Under the pieces are notes generated by a model. That model made no database searches. It saw only the letters and a program-made list of their open reading frames with translations, and was not told the DNA's origin. This document shows positions 1-13,101 of a stretch of DNA of 64,000 nt, one piece after another. Position 1 is the stretch's first letter; every line of letters starts with the position of its first letter. The translations under genes and the position numbers were made by a program. The stretch spans positions 173,972,001 to 174,036,000 of the forward strand of contig NC_042999.1 of NCBI RefSeq assembly GCF_006345805.1, written 5' to 3'. The stretch is from Octopus sinensis. Its lineage: Eukaryota.

Positions 1-29
1 ATTTCAATTTAATTTAGCAATTTAGCTGG

Positions 30-150
30 GAGAGGTAAATATCAAAATGCTGGGAGCCATAAAAGTGAAAGAAGTCGTAGATACAACGCAATTTAAGAAA
101 AACCAGAGAGAGCAGATGAAGAAAATTTTGCAGGACAAGAAAATGCACAG
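30..150 (+). mobile_element. Probable R4/Dong-type LINE C-terminal fragment
   Basis: Frame from 47 reads MLGAIKVKEVVDTTQFKKNQREQMKKILQDKKMH, resembling the 'K.MHGQ' region downstream of RT in R4-clade elements; short and decayed. Confidence 0.35.
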
Positions 151-226
151 TTCTATATTTAAGAGATGAGGAATTTTGTACATTATTTACATTTTACGGA
201 TATTTGTCCTCATCTTGTTTGTTGTT

Positions 227-272
227 AACACAACGTTTCGACTGATATAGCCTTCAGCCTTCATCAGGTGTC
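227..272 (-). ncRNA. Minimal type I hammerhead ribozyme (Penelope-type)
   Basis: Minus strand reads GACAC-CTGATGA-a-GGCTGA(aggctata)TCAGTC-GAA-ACGT-T-GTGTT: catalytic core, 6-bp stem II, palindromic ACGT stem III, GUU cleavage triplet, 5-bp stem I. Confidence 0.75.
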
Positions 273-340
273 TTGGGGAAATTTCGAACCCGGGTTCTCA
301 TTCTTAAGGTATATTTCGATGTTGTTATTATTATTATTTT

Positions 341-383
<43 letters not shown>
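341..383. repeat. (TAG)n microsatellite
   Basis: Direct reading. Confidence 0.95.
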
Positions 384-384
<1 letters not shown>

Positions 385-388
385 TATG

Positions 389-449
389 ATGTAGTGGTTA
401 AGAGCGCGGGCTACTAACCCCAAGATCCCGAGTTCGATTCCAGGCAGTG
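389..449 (+). mobile_element. tRNA-derived SINE head (tRNA-Thr-like), truncated
   Basis: A-box-like TAGTGG, anticodon-like GGG-CTACTAA-CCC, B-box GAGTTCGATTCC; no complete acceptor stem. Confidence 0.7.
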
Positions 450-499
450 TGGTGGTGGACTTGGAGGGCTCGCGTTGGGGCAGTTCCTGATCAAGTGAC

Positions 500-843
500 C
501 ATCCAAGTTCATATTCAGAGAATAATAAGTGATCGGTTTTATGTAGATGACTTAAAACTCTATAGCAAAGACGATAATGAATTTGAAGAACTACTACGTA
601 CTGTGAAAGCATCCAGTGATGACATTGAGATGGAATTTAGTCTTGATAAAAGTGCCGAGGCCACTTTACAGAAAGGGAATCTGAAGGCCTCACATTCGGT
701 GGAGTTGACTGTTGACACAGTCACAAAAGAACTCAAACAGCAACAAACTTACAAATACCTCGGAATAAATGAGGGCTCTGGCATTCAGCATGCAAGTATG
801 AAATAGAATATCAAGAAAGAGTGTTACAGGAGATTTCGAGCAA
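500..843 (+). pseudogene. R4/Dong-clade non-LTR reverse transcriptase fragment
   Basis: ORF 447-806 contains FYVDDLKLY, MEFSLDK and YKYLGI; after the stop and a frameshift it continues KKECYRRFRA. Confidence 0.8.
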
Positions 844-872
844 GCTTATTTAACGTGACGTTGATATCAACT

Positions 873-1884
873 TTATACTATGCAGTCAACATAAATATAC
901 CGAGTTTGGTGTAAGTGGCATTTATAAAGCAAATATAAGACTAACAAAGAGAGCAAACTTTCTCAGATAATTGTTACATCACGACTAATACACCACCCCA
1001 GAAAGAAAAGGCAAAGAATCCCGAAACCAAAATAAAAATAATGAGAAAAGGAAAAAAGAAAAGCACTAATGATAAATTGAATACATAGAATAATGTAAAG
1101 AAATAACCCAGCAAATTTGTAAGCCCATAAGCTTTCACAGAAATTCAAAAAAGAATAGGACAAGGTGCATCAAAAGTTCTACATACTACTTCATCTGTTT
1201 AACAACTGGCTTCTCACTACACACTTTGCATCTAACTCAAAATAATACAACTTATACAGAACATATGCAATGTAATCAACGTTTAATACTTTCAAACTAC
1301 GTAGAATAAACAAGAATAACCCCCAAACTAAAAGTACAAGAAAACGAAGTGACGAATACAGAAATGTTAATACACACACCACACTATTTATCATTATGAT
1401 GATATTGAACCTCACAATCCTTTCTTTAATGGCGGGGGTAGAATATTTGAAATTATCCAAAATAAAGGAAAAAGTGCATGTGTTTTTCGACAAGCAACGT
1501 AATAGAGAATAGCTAAAGCATGTCAGTACCACGGCATTTAAAGTGACAACATAGAATAAAATGTGAAAGGAATAGCGTATGGTAGTGACTGCAACAATAG
1601 AGGTAGAAACTATAATTTATTCTCTTGTAAAAACATCTAGCAGGGAAAACGGAATATGTGTTGTCAATCTGTCTTGAGTAAAACCACAGATGGACGTTAA
1701 ATTTATCGACAAACTTAACAAAGACAATAGTAAAATGACAGATACAGTCTCAGTAAAAATGCTAATACAATCTATATCACCACCAAAAACAACACCAGCA
1801 TTAGAATGTATAAACTCAATTATATATCTGCGCAGGCGATATACAGCACCTGCATTTGATAATATAGTTTTCAAAGCATCAATG
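873..1884 (-). pseudogene. Possible decayed multi-pass membrane protein reading frame, unidentified
   Basis: ORFs 1617-1874, 1191-1532 and 963-1163 share one frame with 5 internal stops over about 337 codons; several hydrophobic stretches; preceded by a T11-AG acceptor-like site at about 1885-1897. Confidence 0.3.
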
Positions 1885-2784
1885 CCTAAAAAAAAAAATT
1901 GTCGTGCTTAGTATTTTTTGACAGGACTGCCAAATTAAGGTCTGTCCTGGTGATAAACAACAACACTTGCAGCAGAAAAAACAGCATAGGAACACTTTCT
2001 TTTGCATAGATATATGATAAGGGCAATAATACTTCTCTTAGGTGCTATAACGGTTAAACAATGAACTAAATGCCACATTTTGAACTTGTGTGTTACTGTT
2101 TCAGAATTAATATGTGTTCATATCCACTTTCTAAGAAATGTTGTTGCTCCCTAAAAGAAAAGCACTGGATACGGTATCCGTTGTTAAGAAGTTTGAAACC
2201 CAATAGAGTCATAGTCGACTCAAGGATAGAAGGAATCAGTATTTAAACTTCTAGAATCTAATGGTGGGTGTAGATTCACAGTTCATTAGAATTAATGAGG
2301 ATGTATTGTCGGTTGAGTATTCTTGGAAAGAAATTGAAAGATGTTGGAAATGAAACAACTGTTAATGATACGCGAACGTGGTAATATTTGGCGTTTCATC
2401 TAAAACTAGTAAACCAGGCTGTTAGTTACGAGCAAGAAACCTAGGTGCTTCATAAACAACTTCTCATGTCATCTGAAGTAGTATTGCCCCACGTCAAAAC
2501 AATGATAATTTAATAGCAATCAACAACACAACGATAATCATTGGCAGCTATGTCAATGCAAAACTTACATTGACAATAAAATCAACAACATCTACGAATA
2601 AATAAAAGTTCATCCACTGCAGTCACATGTTGCGAACACATAGAGTACAACAAGGTCAATAACGAAAGGAAGGAAAGTATGAGAAATTGCAACAAATACA
2701 TATATAAATTATTGTAACAATGTGAGAAAGAGAAAGACGGGGAGAACTTTTCCATACGGGTAGTAGAAAGTTTACACTATACAT

Positions 2785-3130
<346 letters not shown>

Positions 3131-4830
3131 GGTACGTATATTTATATAGTGTTGGAGGTTTTTACATTTCAAACAAATGCACAGACATGCGAACACATAT
3201 CCATTACATGCACACAAGATGCACACAAACGTACATTTATACGTGTGTGCCTGTTTGTGTTTGAATTTCCTATATCCCGAAGAATATTAAGTAAGCGATT
3301 ACATAAAGCATTAGTGTACACAAAGTGAAAGTTGGGAAGCCAGCGGCATTTGATCATTTGATCTGATTCTGATGCTTAAAGCATATATAATAATGTATAC
3401 GTGTATCATGTAAAGAGGATTTCAACGGCGAATTATGAAAATTCTCTCTTTACACGTTAAATATGAATTTATTTATAGCACGTAATGATAGTTACACTTT
3501 CCTTCACCAGATAATGATTCCATCAAAATAAGAGCCTCGTGAATCTTGATTTCGGAAATTAGGAAATATATTTAACGCTTTATAAAAATTACCGAAGTGA
3601 TATCCAAACACACTTCTCAATGGCCGGAAATTACACTCATCAAATAATTTCTTTCGGGCCACTTCTGGCTTAATTTATTCTGTGTTCATAAAGCAATGCT
3701 CAAATATATTGGTGAATAAATAAAGTGCGTAAGTCAGTTTTCATTCAATCGCTTGTGAAACAACTTGCTTCAGAGCTGGATAAATTTTCATCAGCAATAA
3801 CCTCAATATTCTTGATATAAACTAGTGCATCACATGATGCATTTGGTCGTAGAGACCGCAGATTAACTTCGCTTTCTTATTGTATGGTGTATGTAAGACT
3901 GACTCGTGAAGTCGATAAAATAAACATCAATATTACAGTGCCCTTACGTTATGGTCGAAATGAAAGCGAGAGTGAATCATCTAAGTCCTAAGATCTTTCC
4001 TCTTCTTGCGTTCTGATTTCAATTCCAGTCAAGATTGGTTATATATTCTACTTCTTTCAGTAAATACATGTTTTCACATATAAAAATTGGCCTTATTCAA
4101 AGTCATACAACCTAGTCGTAGTGTGTCTTTATTTTGGGTACTTATTTTACAGTCAGGTGTTTTTGCTGTGTATAATACAGCAAATGAGGTTACGTTACGC
4201 AAAACTAATTATAATTAAGAGGCTGGTTGGGATTCTGCATTACATGAAAAATATCAATCATTGAATAGAACAGAATCGATACTGACATAATGATAGATCA
4301 ATAGCACACTTCCCCCTTATAATTAAAAATATAGACATTATGCTTTAATATTTCATTTTTGTGATACAGAAAATAATACTTCAGAAATAATTATGCAAAG
4401 TAGAATAAAATATAAATCTAAACAGCTATTCATTATAGAAACAGCATAGCAGCATGCATATTTATACTGCAAAAATGTTTCAATAAAATTGGTTCGTTTT
4501 CTGACGAAGTAAGAAAGAAAATGGTTACGTGTATGTTGAACCTAGCATGAAATTATTTGCTACTTGTAACTGTAATCATAATCAAAGATTTAATAAAACT
4601 GACTGAAGCATAACAGATGTAGATGAGATGAGGAAAAAATAATTTAAACGTGCCCCTGTTGCTCATAATATGAGATTCGACTATATCGCCCAGGATAGAG
4701 CAAACATTCTGTTTTATATTCTCGAGAACCTTTCTTATTTGTGGTACGTCTAAATATCATCCCTACTGTTACAATTATACTCAAGATGTCGATCCGAGAT
4801 CATTATATGATATTAAAGAGTTGTGGCTGA

Positions 4831-4891
<61 letters not shown>

Positions 4892-4895
4892 ATAT

Positions 4896-5017
4896 ATATA
4901 TGAAAGAATGGAGTTGAACGACGAATTAACAAAATTCCTTTATTTTCGACATATGTTTCGAAGGTTGCATATTACTAATTTTGTTAATTCGTCGTTCATC
5001 TCCATTCTTTCATATAT
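4896..5017. repeat. Inverted repeat, 41-bp arms with 40-bp spacer, abutting (TA)n
   Basis: 4896-4936 is the reverse complement of 4977-5017 with one mismatch. Confidence 0.9.
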
Positions 5018-5162
5018 TTATATTTTTAAAAAAACATACAAATTTCCACACGAAAGCACGTAACTTCAAACGTGTCTTCTCTGATGTGAATTTGCTACCC
5101 AGGTATCGGTTAACCGAATTATCCATAACAAGATAATTCATTCACCTACTCAAATATATATA

Positions 5163-5270
5163 TATATATTCAACTTGCCCAAAGTGCCATGCCTCGGACC
5201 AACCAAAGTCTTGTGAGTGGATCTGGTAGACGGAAACTGAAAGAAGCTAGTCGTATATGTGTCTGCCTCT
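5163..5270 (-). mobile_element. SINE internal fragment
   Basis: cttgcccaaagtgcca and ggtagacggaaactgaaagaagc match parts of the longer SINE copies at 22.4, 23.3 and 39.3 kb. Confidence 0.7.
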
Positions 5271-5306
5271 GTGTGTATGTAAATGTATGTATGTATGTAT
5301 GTATGT

Positions 5307-6539
5307 ATACGAAGTGCATGCGAGAAAGTTTGAAACAATTTTAGACTATTGTAATTTTAGTATATCATTACTCTGCATCTAATAAATTTCTTATTCCATA
5401 TTGAAGGAAATGGCAATAACAACACTGAACTCTATTGAACACTGAACTGCTTGTCGCACTCGGTTAGTTCGGAAAATGCAGATTGAAAACTATTTGGAAG
5501 CTCCTTACACAACAAAGATTTTGCGTTTAAAGAGTGCAAAATCGCTGCTGAAACATAAGTGCTCCAGACTGCTTACGGATTATCTTTCATGAACCAAGCA
5601 TCAGTTTCGCTATCACAGGAGGTTCAAGGGCGGTATAGAGGAGCTAAGAGACAACGAGATTTGTGAAAATGGAAAGGGGCGTGAGAACATCAGAGCTGGT
5701 TGAGCGAATTCACAATTTTTTTTGATGAAAACATTTGTCTACAAATACAAGAACCATACAGTTTGGAATTGGTGTGGCAGAACTTTTCATGAGGATCTGA
5801 GCTTGCGCAAAATTTGTGCAAATCTGTTGCCAAAGTGCTAAGTGACGAGTAGAAGGAATGTTGCATTGGTGACAGTAGGGAGATGACTGAGCCCATTACC
5901 GTCAATCCAAGAGTTTTTGAGTCTCTGGTAGCCTTTGACGAACGTTTGATGTACTGTTATGATCCAGAAACCAAACCACAGAATGCCCAGAAAGGCCAGG
6001 CAAAGTAAATCCCTAAAAAAATTTATAGTGCTCTCCTTTTTCCGACAGCAAGACATCACCTATTCTACTGGGTTCCATCTAGACCAGCGGTGAACGCTTT
6101 GAAGGAGCTCATGAAAGGATTTCGTCGCAAAAGGCCACAGCTCTTCCACTTGGATCGATAGCACTAGTCACTAGGAAAACGCAACAGCCCACAATTTTAT
6201 CCTGATAACCAACTTTTGGCAGAGATGGGCACCAAAACTTCACCCCACACTCCCTACAGTCCAGAATTTTCTCCCTAAGAATTTTGGTTGTTCCCCAAGC
6301 TGAAGGAGAACCTTAGAGGTAGTCGTCTGAAAGACAATAAGAAGATGAAAGATGTGCGACAAGAGGCCTGGACACGTTCGCTTTGGATGACTTGCATAGA
6401 GCCTTCACAAAGGCACTGGAGCACTACAAGTGTATTGAAGTCAAAGGATCCTACTTTGAAGGCGATTAGAGCTGTGTACTCTTTGAAGTTTATGTCTTTT
6501 CTGAAAAAGTCCCAATTCCTCTGGAAGGCACCTTGAATA
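5307..6539 (+). mobile_element. Decayed mariner transposon
   Basis: Transposase remnants YCYDPETK (about 5952), PYSPEFSP*EFWLFPKLKENLRG (about 6252) and KCIEVKGSYFEGD* (about 6430-6470); TIR-like right end at about 6505-6539; many stops and frameshifts; left end uncertain. Confidence 0.85.
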
Positions 6540-6564
6540 CACACAAACACGCGCGCACACACGC

Positions 6565-6651
6565 ACACATATACATACATACATGCATACATACATACAT
6601 GCATACATGCATACATATATACATACAGACATACATACATACATACATGCA

Positions 6652-6684
<33 letters not shown>

Positions 6685-6965
6685 GCATGCATGCATACAT
6701 ACATACTACATACATACATACATACATACATACATACAACATACATACATACAACATACATACATGCATACATACATACTACATACATACATACACATAC
6801 ATACATACATGCATGCATACATACATACATACATAATACATACATACATACATACATCATACATACATACATACATACATACAATACATACATACATACA
6901 ACATACATACATACATACATACATACATAACATACATACATACATGCATACATACATACATACAT
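6565..6965. repeat. (TACA)n microsatellite, about 400 bp
   Basis: Direct reading; source of the MYVC and HTYI ORFs. Confidence 0.95.
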
Positions 6966-7338
6966 ATGAATTAGCATGCGCATTCTGTCTCTGGAGGCGG
7001 AGAACACAGTGTTCGCGAGATTAAAACTTTCTGTCTTGCTCATACGATGCACTTACTATAATAAAGTACGAGTATGACTCATAAAATACAATCACTCCAT
7101 CTACTACTAATGCAACAACAACAACAACGACTACAGCAACAATATATACTATTCCTATTTTATGACATTTTATATGTAGTTTCATTTTCAATACCAACTT
7201 TATGATGAGATTCTGACTTTTACTAAGTTTGTCTTTCAAACACAAAATAAACACAAAAGGAAAAAGAAAAAAAAAATGTTGCTTCTAGTTTATTTTTGAA
7301 AATGTTGCGGCAGGGAAAATATTCAAAGTATGACCTTT

Positions 7339-7369
<31 letters not shown>

Positions 7370-7998
7370 TCTATTTATTTATTTTTGGTCTTTTATTGGG
7401 CTGGAATGTTCGATATGTAGTAACAACACAAGTAATAGTAAAATGTGAGCGATAAAAGCATATGAAATCTTACGCATTTATTTGCTTTCACATTAGACAT
7501 ATAGAGGCGCACGTAAACGTATTTATTACATAAAAACAGAATATTTAGTTTTCCATGCAATTAGTAAATTACAAAAACGAACTTTGTACATCTGCAAAAT
7601 ATGCAGATGCTCAAACATGATTAATGATGTTAATTTCGAAATCTCATCAACTATGATTTTGTTTTTTCTCATAATTTGTTTTGCTTTGTTTTAGGGGTTT
7701 TTTTTTTCATAATTATGTTCACATTTTTTCTACGTCAGTGATTAATTACATCAGAAACAATCATATAAATTCTGTATGATTACAATCAACAAATAAAAAA
7801 AAAACTACAGTAAGATATGTTATGTCAAGTAGAAATTAGCGTCGAAATCTTTATTAAAGCTGTACCGTGTCATTGTTCTACAGTAACGCTGAAAGATAAT
7901 TTTACAGGTGCAGGCACATGAATTTGTTTTGGTTTATTTACTCTTTACTAAACATTTACATATACATATATATATATATATATAATATATATATATAT

Positions 7999-8056
<58 letters not shown>

Positions 8057-8919
8057 TATATATAAGATATATACATACGTATGTATATATATATATTCAG
8101 AGAGGGAAAGAGAGATAATACATGCATACGTGCATACATACATGAATATATTTACATCCATTCGTACGTTCATACGTATATATACATCTCGGCAAATATT
8201 GAAAATGCCCATGCCCCGTATTAAATTAGAGACTCAGCCAAATTTTATTTTCTTGATTTGGTTTGTCAAAACCAACTCAGTCTGATAGAGGCTGTGTTTC
8301 TTCACGCCACACCCACAGCTACACACTACAAGTAACACTATAACAAAGTAGGTTAGTTTAATTTGACTTAATAAAGAAACGTCTCTTTTTCCCCCTTTCT
8401 GTTTTCTTTTTTATCAAAAACTGTTTGTCAGAAAATATTGGTACAAAGATCTATAGAGTGACAGATGGAGATGGAGAAAGGGAGAAGTGTTGTTTATTAA
8501 TAGAAGACATCACCATGTAGATTTTACGTTAGCAAATATCCGAAAATCTAGCACCCGACATGTTTTTTTCGAGACATTTAATAAACTTCTTCAAACTTTG
8601 AAGCAGTTAAATTTCAAATCAACAATAGGATTGAGGAAATAGTCCAAATAGCGTTCGATTTCATTATGTTAAGGGTATTGTACAATGAATATCAAAAAAT
8701 ACAAAATGAATCAAAGGGAAATAACCAAACTAGGAGAGCTGTGTGAACTGAGACAAATAAAATATGTAATAATGTATTGATTCATGTATTCTAAATATTC
8801 TTAATGCTTTTAACGTGTTTCTTTTAGTTCCTTTTATTCCTACACTTGTTTCAGTCATTGAACTGCAGCAATCCTTGAGCATTGCTGTGATGGATTTGGT
8901 CGGCCCCAGTCATTCTTTG

Positions 8920-9975
8920 CAGCGGCCAAAAGTTAAAGGTAACTCTAATGAACTACTAATCGAGGTATTTGTTGTTTAGAAGATTATTAATGAACAAACA
9001 GTTTCTTCTTGCGATCTTACATTATTAGAACATTTAACTTTCAACATGGCGGCTTGTGAGAGACGACAGGTGTCTTGTGATGAAAAATAAAGGATTATGC
9101 GCCTTCACCAAGAGGGAATATCAAATTCTGTGATAGCAACAACTGTAGGAAGGTCTAGATGTGTTGTGCAACGAAATCGACAGATGCTAAACCCAAAAGC
9201 GGTAGACCGCGTAAAACTTCACCAAGACAGGTTCGTATTATGCTTAGAATGTCACTAAAGGGTAGCTTTAAGAGCGCTGCTGAGATATCCCGCGAGTTTA
9301 GCTCCACTTCTGATGTCAACGTATCGCGCAACGCAGATTCATTTTAGCGATCAATCGAAGTTTAATGCGATTGATTCCGATGGCGGGATGTACGTCCGCT
9401 TAAGAAGTGGCGAAAGGTTATCTTGTGCATGTGTGAAGAAGACAGTGAAATATGGAGGAAGCAGCGTAATGGTATGGGGTGTGATCTCTGCTGCTGGTAC
9501 TAGTCCACTTATTAGCCTACAAGAGTCTGTCAATGCTGAAATCTACAAACAGATTCTTAGACAGCATTCCCTTCCACATCTGAGTTCAACCTCCCATTTT
9601 CGTAAAGGACAATGCTCCCTGTCACATTGCGAAGAGAGTCAAAGATTTTTTGAGTGATAAAGGGGTTGATATCATGGACTGGCCACCTCAAAGTCCTGAT
9701 CGCAACTCTATAGAAAACGTTTGGAAGATTATTGGAGATGGGGCGCGAAGGAGAAATTCAAAGAACCAAGATGAACTCTGGGAATTATTGAAAAACGAAT
9801 GGAACAATATTACTCCATCATTTTGCAAGAAATTAATTCCGTCTGGTGGTAACAGATGTCAAGAGGTCATTGAGAGTAAAAACATGTTCACAGAATATTA
9901 ATGGTAAGGGTTTCTTTTTTGTTCTTGTTCCATTTTTCATTGTTTTTCTAAGTGACCCTTAACGTTTGTCCGTTG
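8920..9975 (+). mobile_element. Tc1-family transposon, near full length, with disrupted transposase
   Basis: 25-bp imperfect TIRs (8920-8944 cagcggccaaaagttaaaggtaact; 9951-9975). Transposase from ATG 9046 to 9901 with SGRPRKT, FSDQSKF, VMVWGVIS and WPPQSPDRNSIENVW; stops and frameshifts present. Confidence 0.92.
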
Positions 9976-10184
9976 AAATTTGGAAGATTATTTGTTTTTT
10001 TCCTCATACGAAATATTTCATTACACTTGTTCTTACTGACCCTTATATTATAAGGGTCGGTATTATGCATGTATATATGTGCATATATATATACATATAA
10101 ACTCACACATGTGTGTATGTGTGTATATATATAAACTCACGCGTATGTATATATATATGTGTGTGTGTGTGTGTGTACTGTGTA

Positions 10185-10380
10185 GCTCTTTGTGTCTGCT
10201 TCTCATCGCTTGACAGCGGTTTGTTTATGGCCCCGTAACGTAACGTTTCAACAAAAATAGATATTCGAACTAAGTGCAAGATTAACGATATCTACTGAAG
10301 CGAGTTGACTGACTAAAATTTTCGAAGTGTATCCCTAATATGCCTACAGTCCAATGACTGGAAACAAGTAAAAAAAAAAA
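10185..10380 (+). mobile_element. SINE 3' half, decayed
   Basis: Ends in cagtccaatgactggaaacaagtaaaa, the same tail as other SINE copies in the window. Confidence 0.65.
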
Positions 10381-10429
10381 GACTTAAATTAATTTTAATG
10401 TTATTCATTTTCATTCGGGGATCAAGGGA

Positions 10430-10940
10430 TTTGTTTCAGTCTTATTGTACCTCTTCAGCAAAGCATTGCCATATGCTTTTTAACCAGTAAGCGAAAATAA
10501 ATTATGTGAGGGAGAATATGATCTCAAATATCTGAGCACTATACACTGAAATGGTTCGTATAACCGTTGAGGAGTTTATTTCTGGAGGATTCACAGCTGG
10601 TTGTGCCGAAGAGTATCAGAACGCAAGTGGATGTATACGGTTCATCTTCTTTGGCCAGTCTTTCATTTTATTCGTGCTAAAGATATTAAATATTCAACTA
10701 CGAAATGATGTAGATAGATATTCATACGTTGTGATGGATATAGGTGTTAGAGAATGCATCGGGAAATTTCAGGATCCGGTTCTGTCATTTGATGCGTTTA
10801 CAGCGCTCTCATTGCAGTGGTGGATACATGTATTTCGAAGTAGTTATTCATTGCACTGGTGGATACATGTATTTCGAAGTAGTTATCTTCTCGTCAGCAT
10901 CAGATACCTGAGAAAGGCAACTCTGAACTGTAAAAACTAG
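10430..10940 (-). mobile_element. Possible decayed R4-type LINE fragment with a 39-bp tandem duplication
   Basis: Minus-strand remnants PEINSSTVIRTI and AYWLKSIW; duplication 10810-10848 / 10849-10887 seen directly. Confidence 0.3.
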
Positions 10941-12337
10941 ATTTCTTTTAAATAATAAAAACAATAAGTATTATTGCCAGGTAATGAATTTCGGCCGCCA
11001 AGCCGAAATATATTCACATGTAGATGCGCTATGCAGTGAATATGAGGAAACTAAACTTACCAAATGTTCAATTATATTTTATAGATATTTGAACTCGAAA
11101 AAAAGGTTTCCACTGCAATTTGTCATGACGAAATATTCTCGCAGGAAACAAAAATGTCAGAAAACACGAAGGCATAACAAACTACAGTGAAAAACCTTTT
11201 CACGAGCTCAAATATCACTGAACATATTTGAATTGCTATCAAGTTTAGCTGTATATGATTTTTCAGTCTTTCTTTGTACAATAATTATCATCTGATAGCC
11301 AATTCTGACAATGCATGTCTACTCAGATTATATTACTATTCGTTTCACATTTTCCGAAGTCAGGTGTCATCCACACGCAGCCACGATATCTCATGCTAGA
11401 CTTGTACGGCTTATGCAACAGTGTCGTCGTAGATCTTCCCTTGTACAGATAACATCCTAGTCTCCTTTAAACACACCAAACACAATCAATGAAATTACAC
11501 CTTCTCTAATCAGAACCAGTTTGCATCAAACCTCACTTCTGACTGCTAACTCCTCTCAATGATATAATATTTTAAGCTAACTACCTATCTAAACTTATAC
11601 TTAAACAGCTTTTTAAAGGCTACATAAAATATTCCAACATTGATCAAGAAAGAGTAAGTGCAAACAAGATAAAAGTATTGTTTAAATATTTGAGACACCC
11701 GTACTGCTGTAATCAGAATTGTATTATCGAAAACAACAAAAGTGTGATACACAACAGACTTTCATGTTTCCGCTAGTATTTAACATTTTTGAATTTCAAA
11801 ATTTTCTTTTTGCTCAAATGCCAAAAATAATACTATGACATTTAACGTGAAAACGTAGGCTTCATTTTTGTATGTATTAAGGGGCATGACCTGAAAGAAG
11901 AAAAAAATCAGATAGGAACATATGGTGATAATGAAAACGAGAGGAAATTTAAATTATAATAAAAAAAATATTACAAACTGATAAATTAGGTTTTTAGGGT
12001 TCAAGCCGTGCTTGTGTTAATTTAAATGTCAAGGGTTAGTTATATTAATAATTTCTATCTGTGCTCGTTTATTTATTTATTTATTTTGTGTGTGTGTGTG
12101 TGTGTGTTTATATCAATCTCTGAATGTTGTTCATATGCTTATATATATATATACATATATATATATATAGAAAGAGAGGGAGAGACACGCATACATATGG
12201 AAAAACTCGTTTTCTAATTAGCCAACGATATTTGTAACAATATCTTTATATTGATATGTGTGTGTACATAAGGATGCTTGTCAGTATGTTTGTGTGCGGC
12301 GCGAGTGTGTATATCTCAGCCCGTATGTATGCATTAC

Positions 12338-12369
<32 letters not shown>

Positions 12370-13069
12370 TTAATGTATGTAGGTCACAAATTTTTGTTCT
12401 GTTCAATAATGTATTTATGATTACTGCAAAATACAAGTTCCCAGAGAGTTTGCGTGTTGATTTCTATTCCTTGTTCAAACCAATTCATTTCACTAACACC
12501 TTTAATACTCATGATAAAACTATGACAGCCATGCAATCACATTTTCCATTGCTATAAATTTTTGGATAAGTGCCTAACTAAGCAATCAATACTGACTTTG
12601 TGAGCGGCGATTGATGTTGTGCTCAATTCCAGTGCCGGTAGACAACATTGACAAGAATGTTTCGGTTCACAAGAGAAACCAATAATGGTTTCTCATATAC
12701 AAGGTCGCCCGTGGATACGACATTCTTTATGTGAATTCAAAAAGTAATTATTAACTTCTTAGATGAGCAGTGAACAAATTTATTGAGTAAACGTTTGTCG
12801 CATTTTCCATGTATAAGAAATCAATGGTCACTTTTTGAATCTATATAGGGACAGTATTATATCTACAATATCTACTAACTAATGTGTTGTATTATAAGTA
12901 CAAATTTATTCGTGATACAAATACAGTGTCTCATATGCGAATGTGTGTATTTTATTTTTTTATTATTTTTTTTATTTTTTATTTTTATATTTTTATTTTT
13001 CTATTTTTTTTTTTAATTTTTATTTTCCCTTTTCTCTTTTTGTCTCTCTCCCCTTCTCCAAACACAGAG

Positions 13070-13101
<32 letters not shown>

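Noticed and set aside
389-449. Functional tRNA gene (likewise 26106-26180)
   Set aside because: Acceptor stems do not close and the sequences run into SINE or LINE bodies; treated as SINE heads.
873-1884. Mitochondrial insertion (strand skew, TGA stops readable as Trp)
   Set aside because: TAA and TAG stops remain in frame and I see no motif of any mitochondrial protein, rRNA or tRNA.
10551-10940. 129-aa plus-strand ORF as a host gene
   Set aside because: No recognisable domain; partly made by a 39-bp duplication; weak LINE-like remnants lie on the opposite strand.
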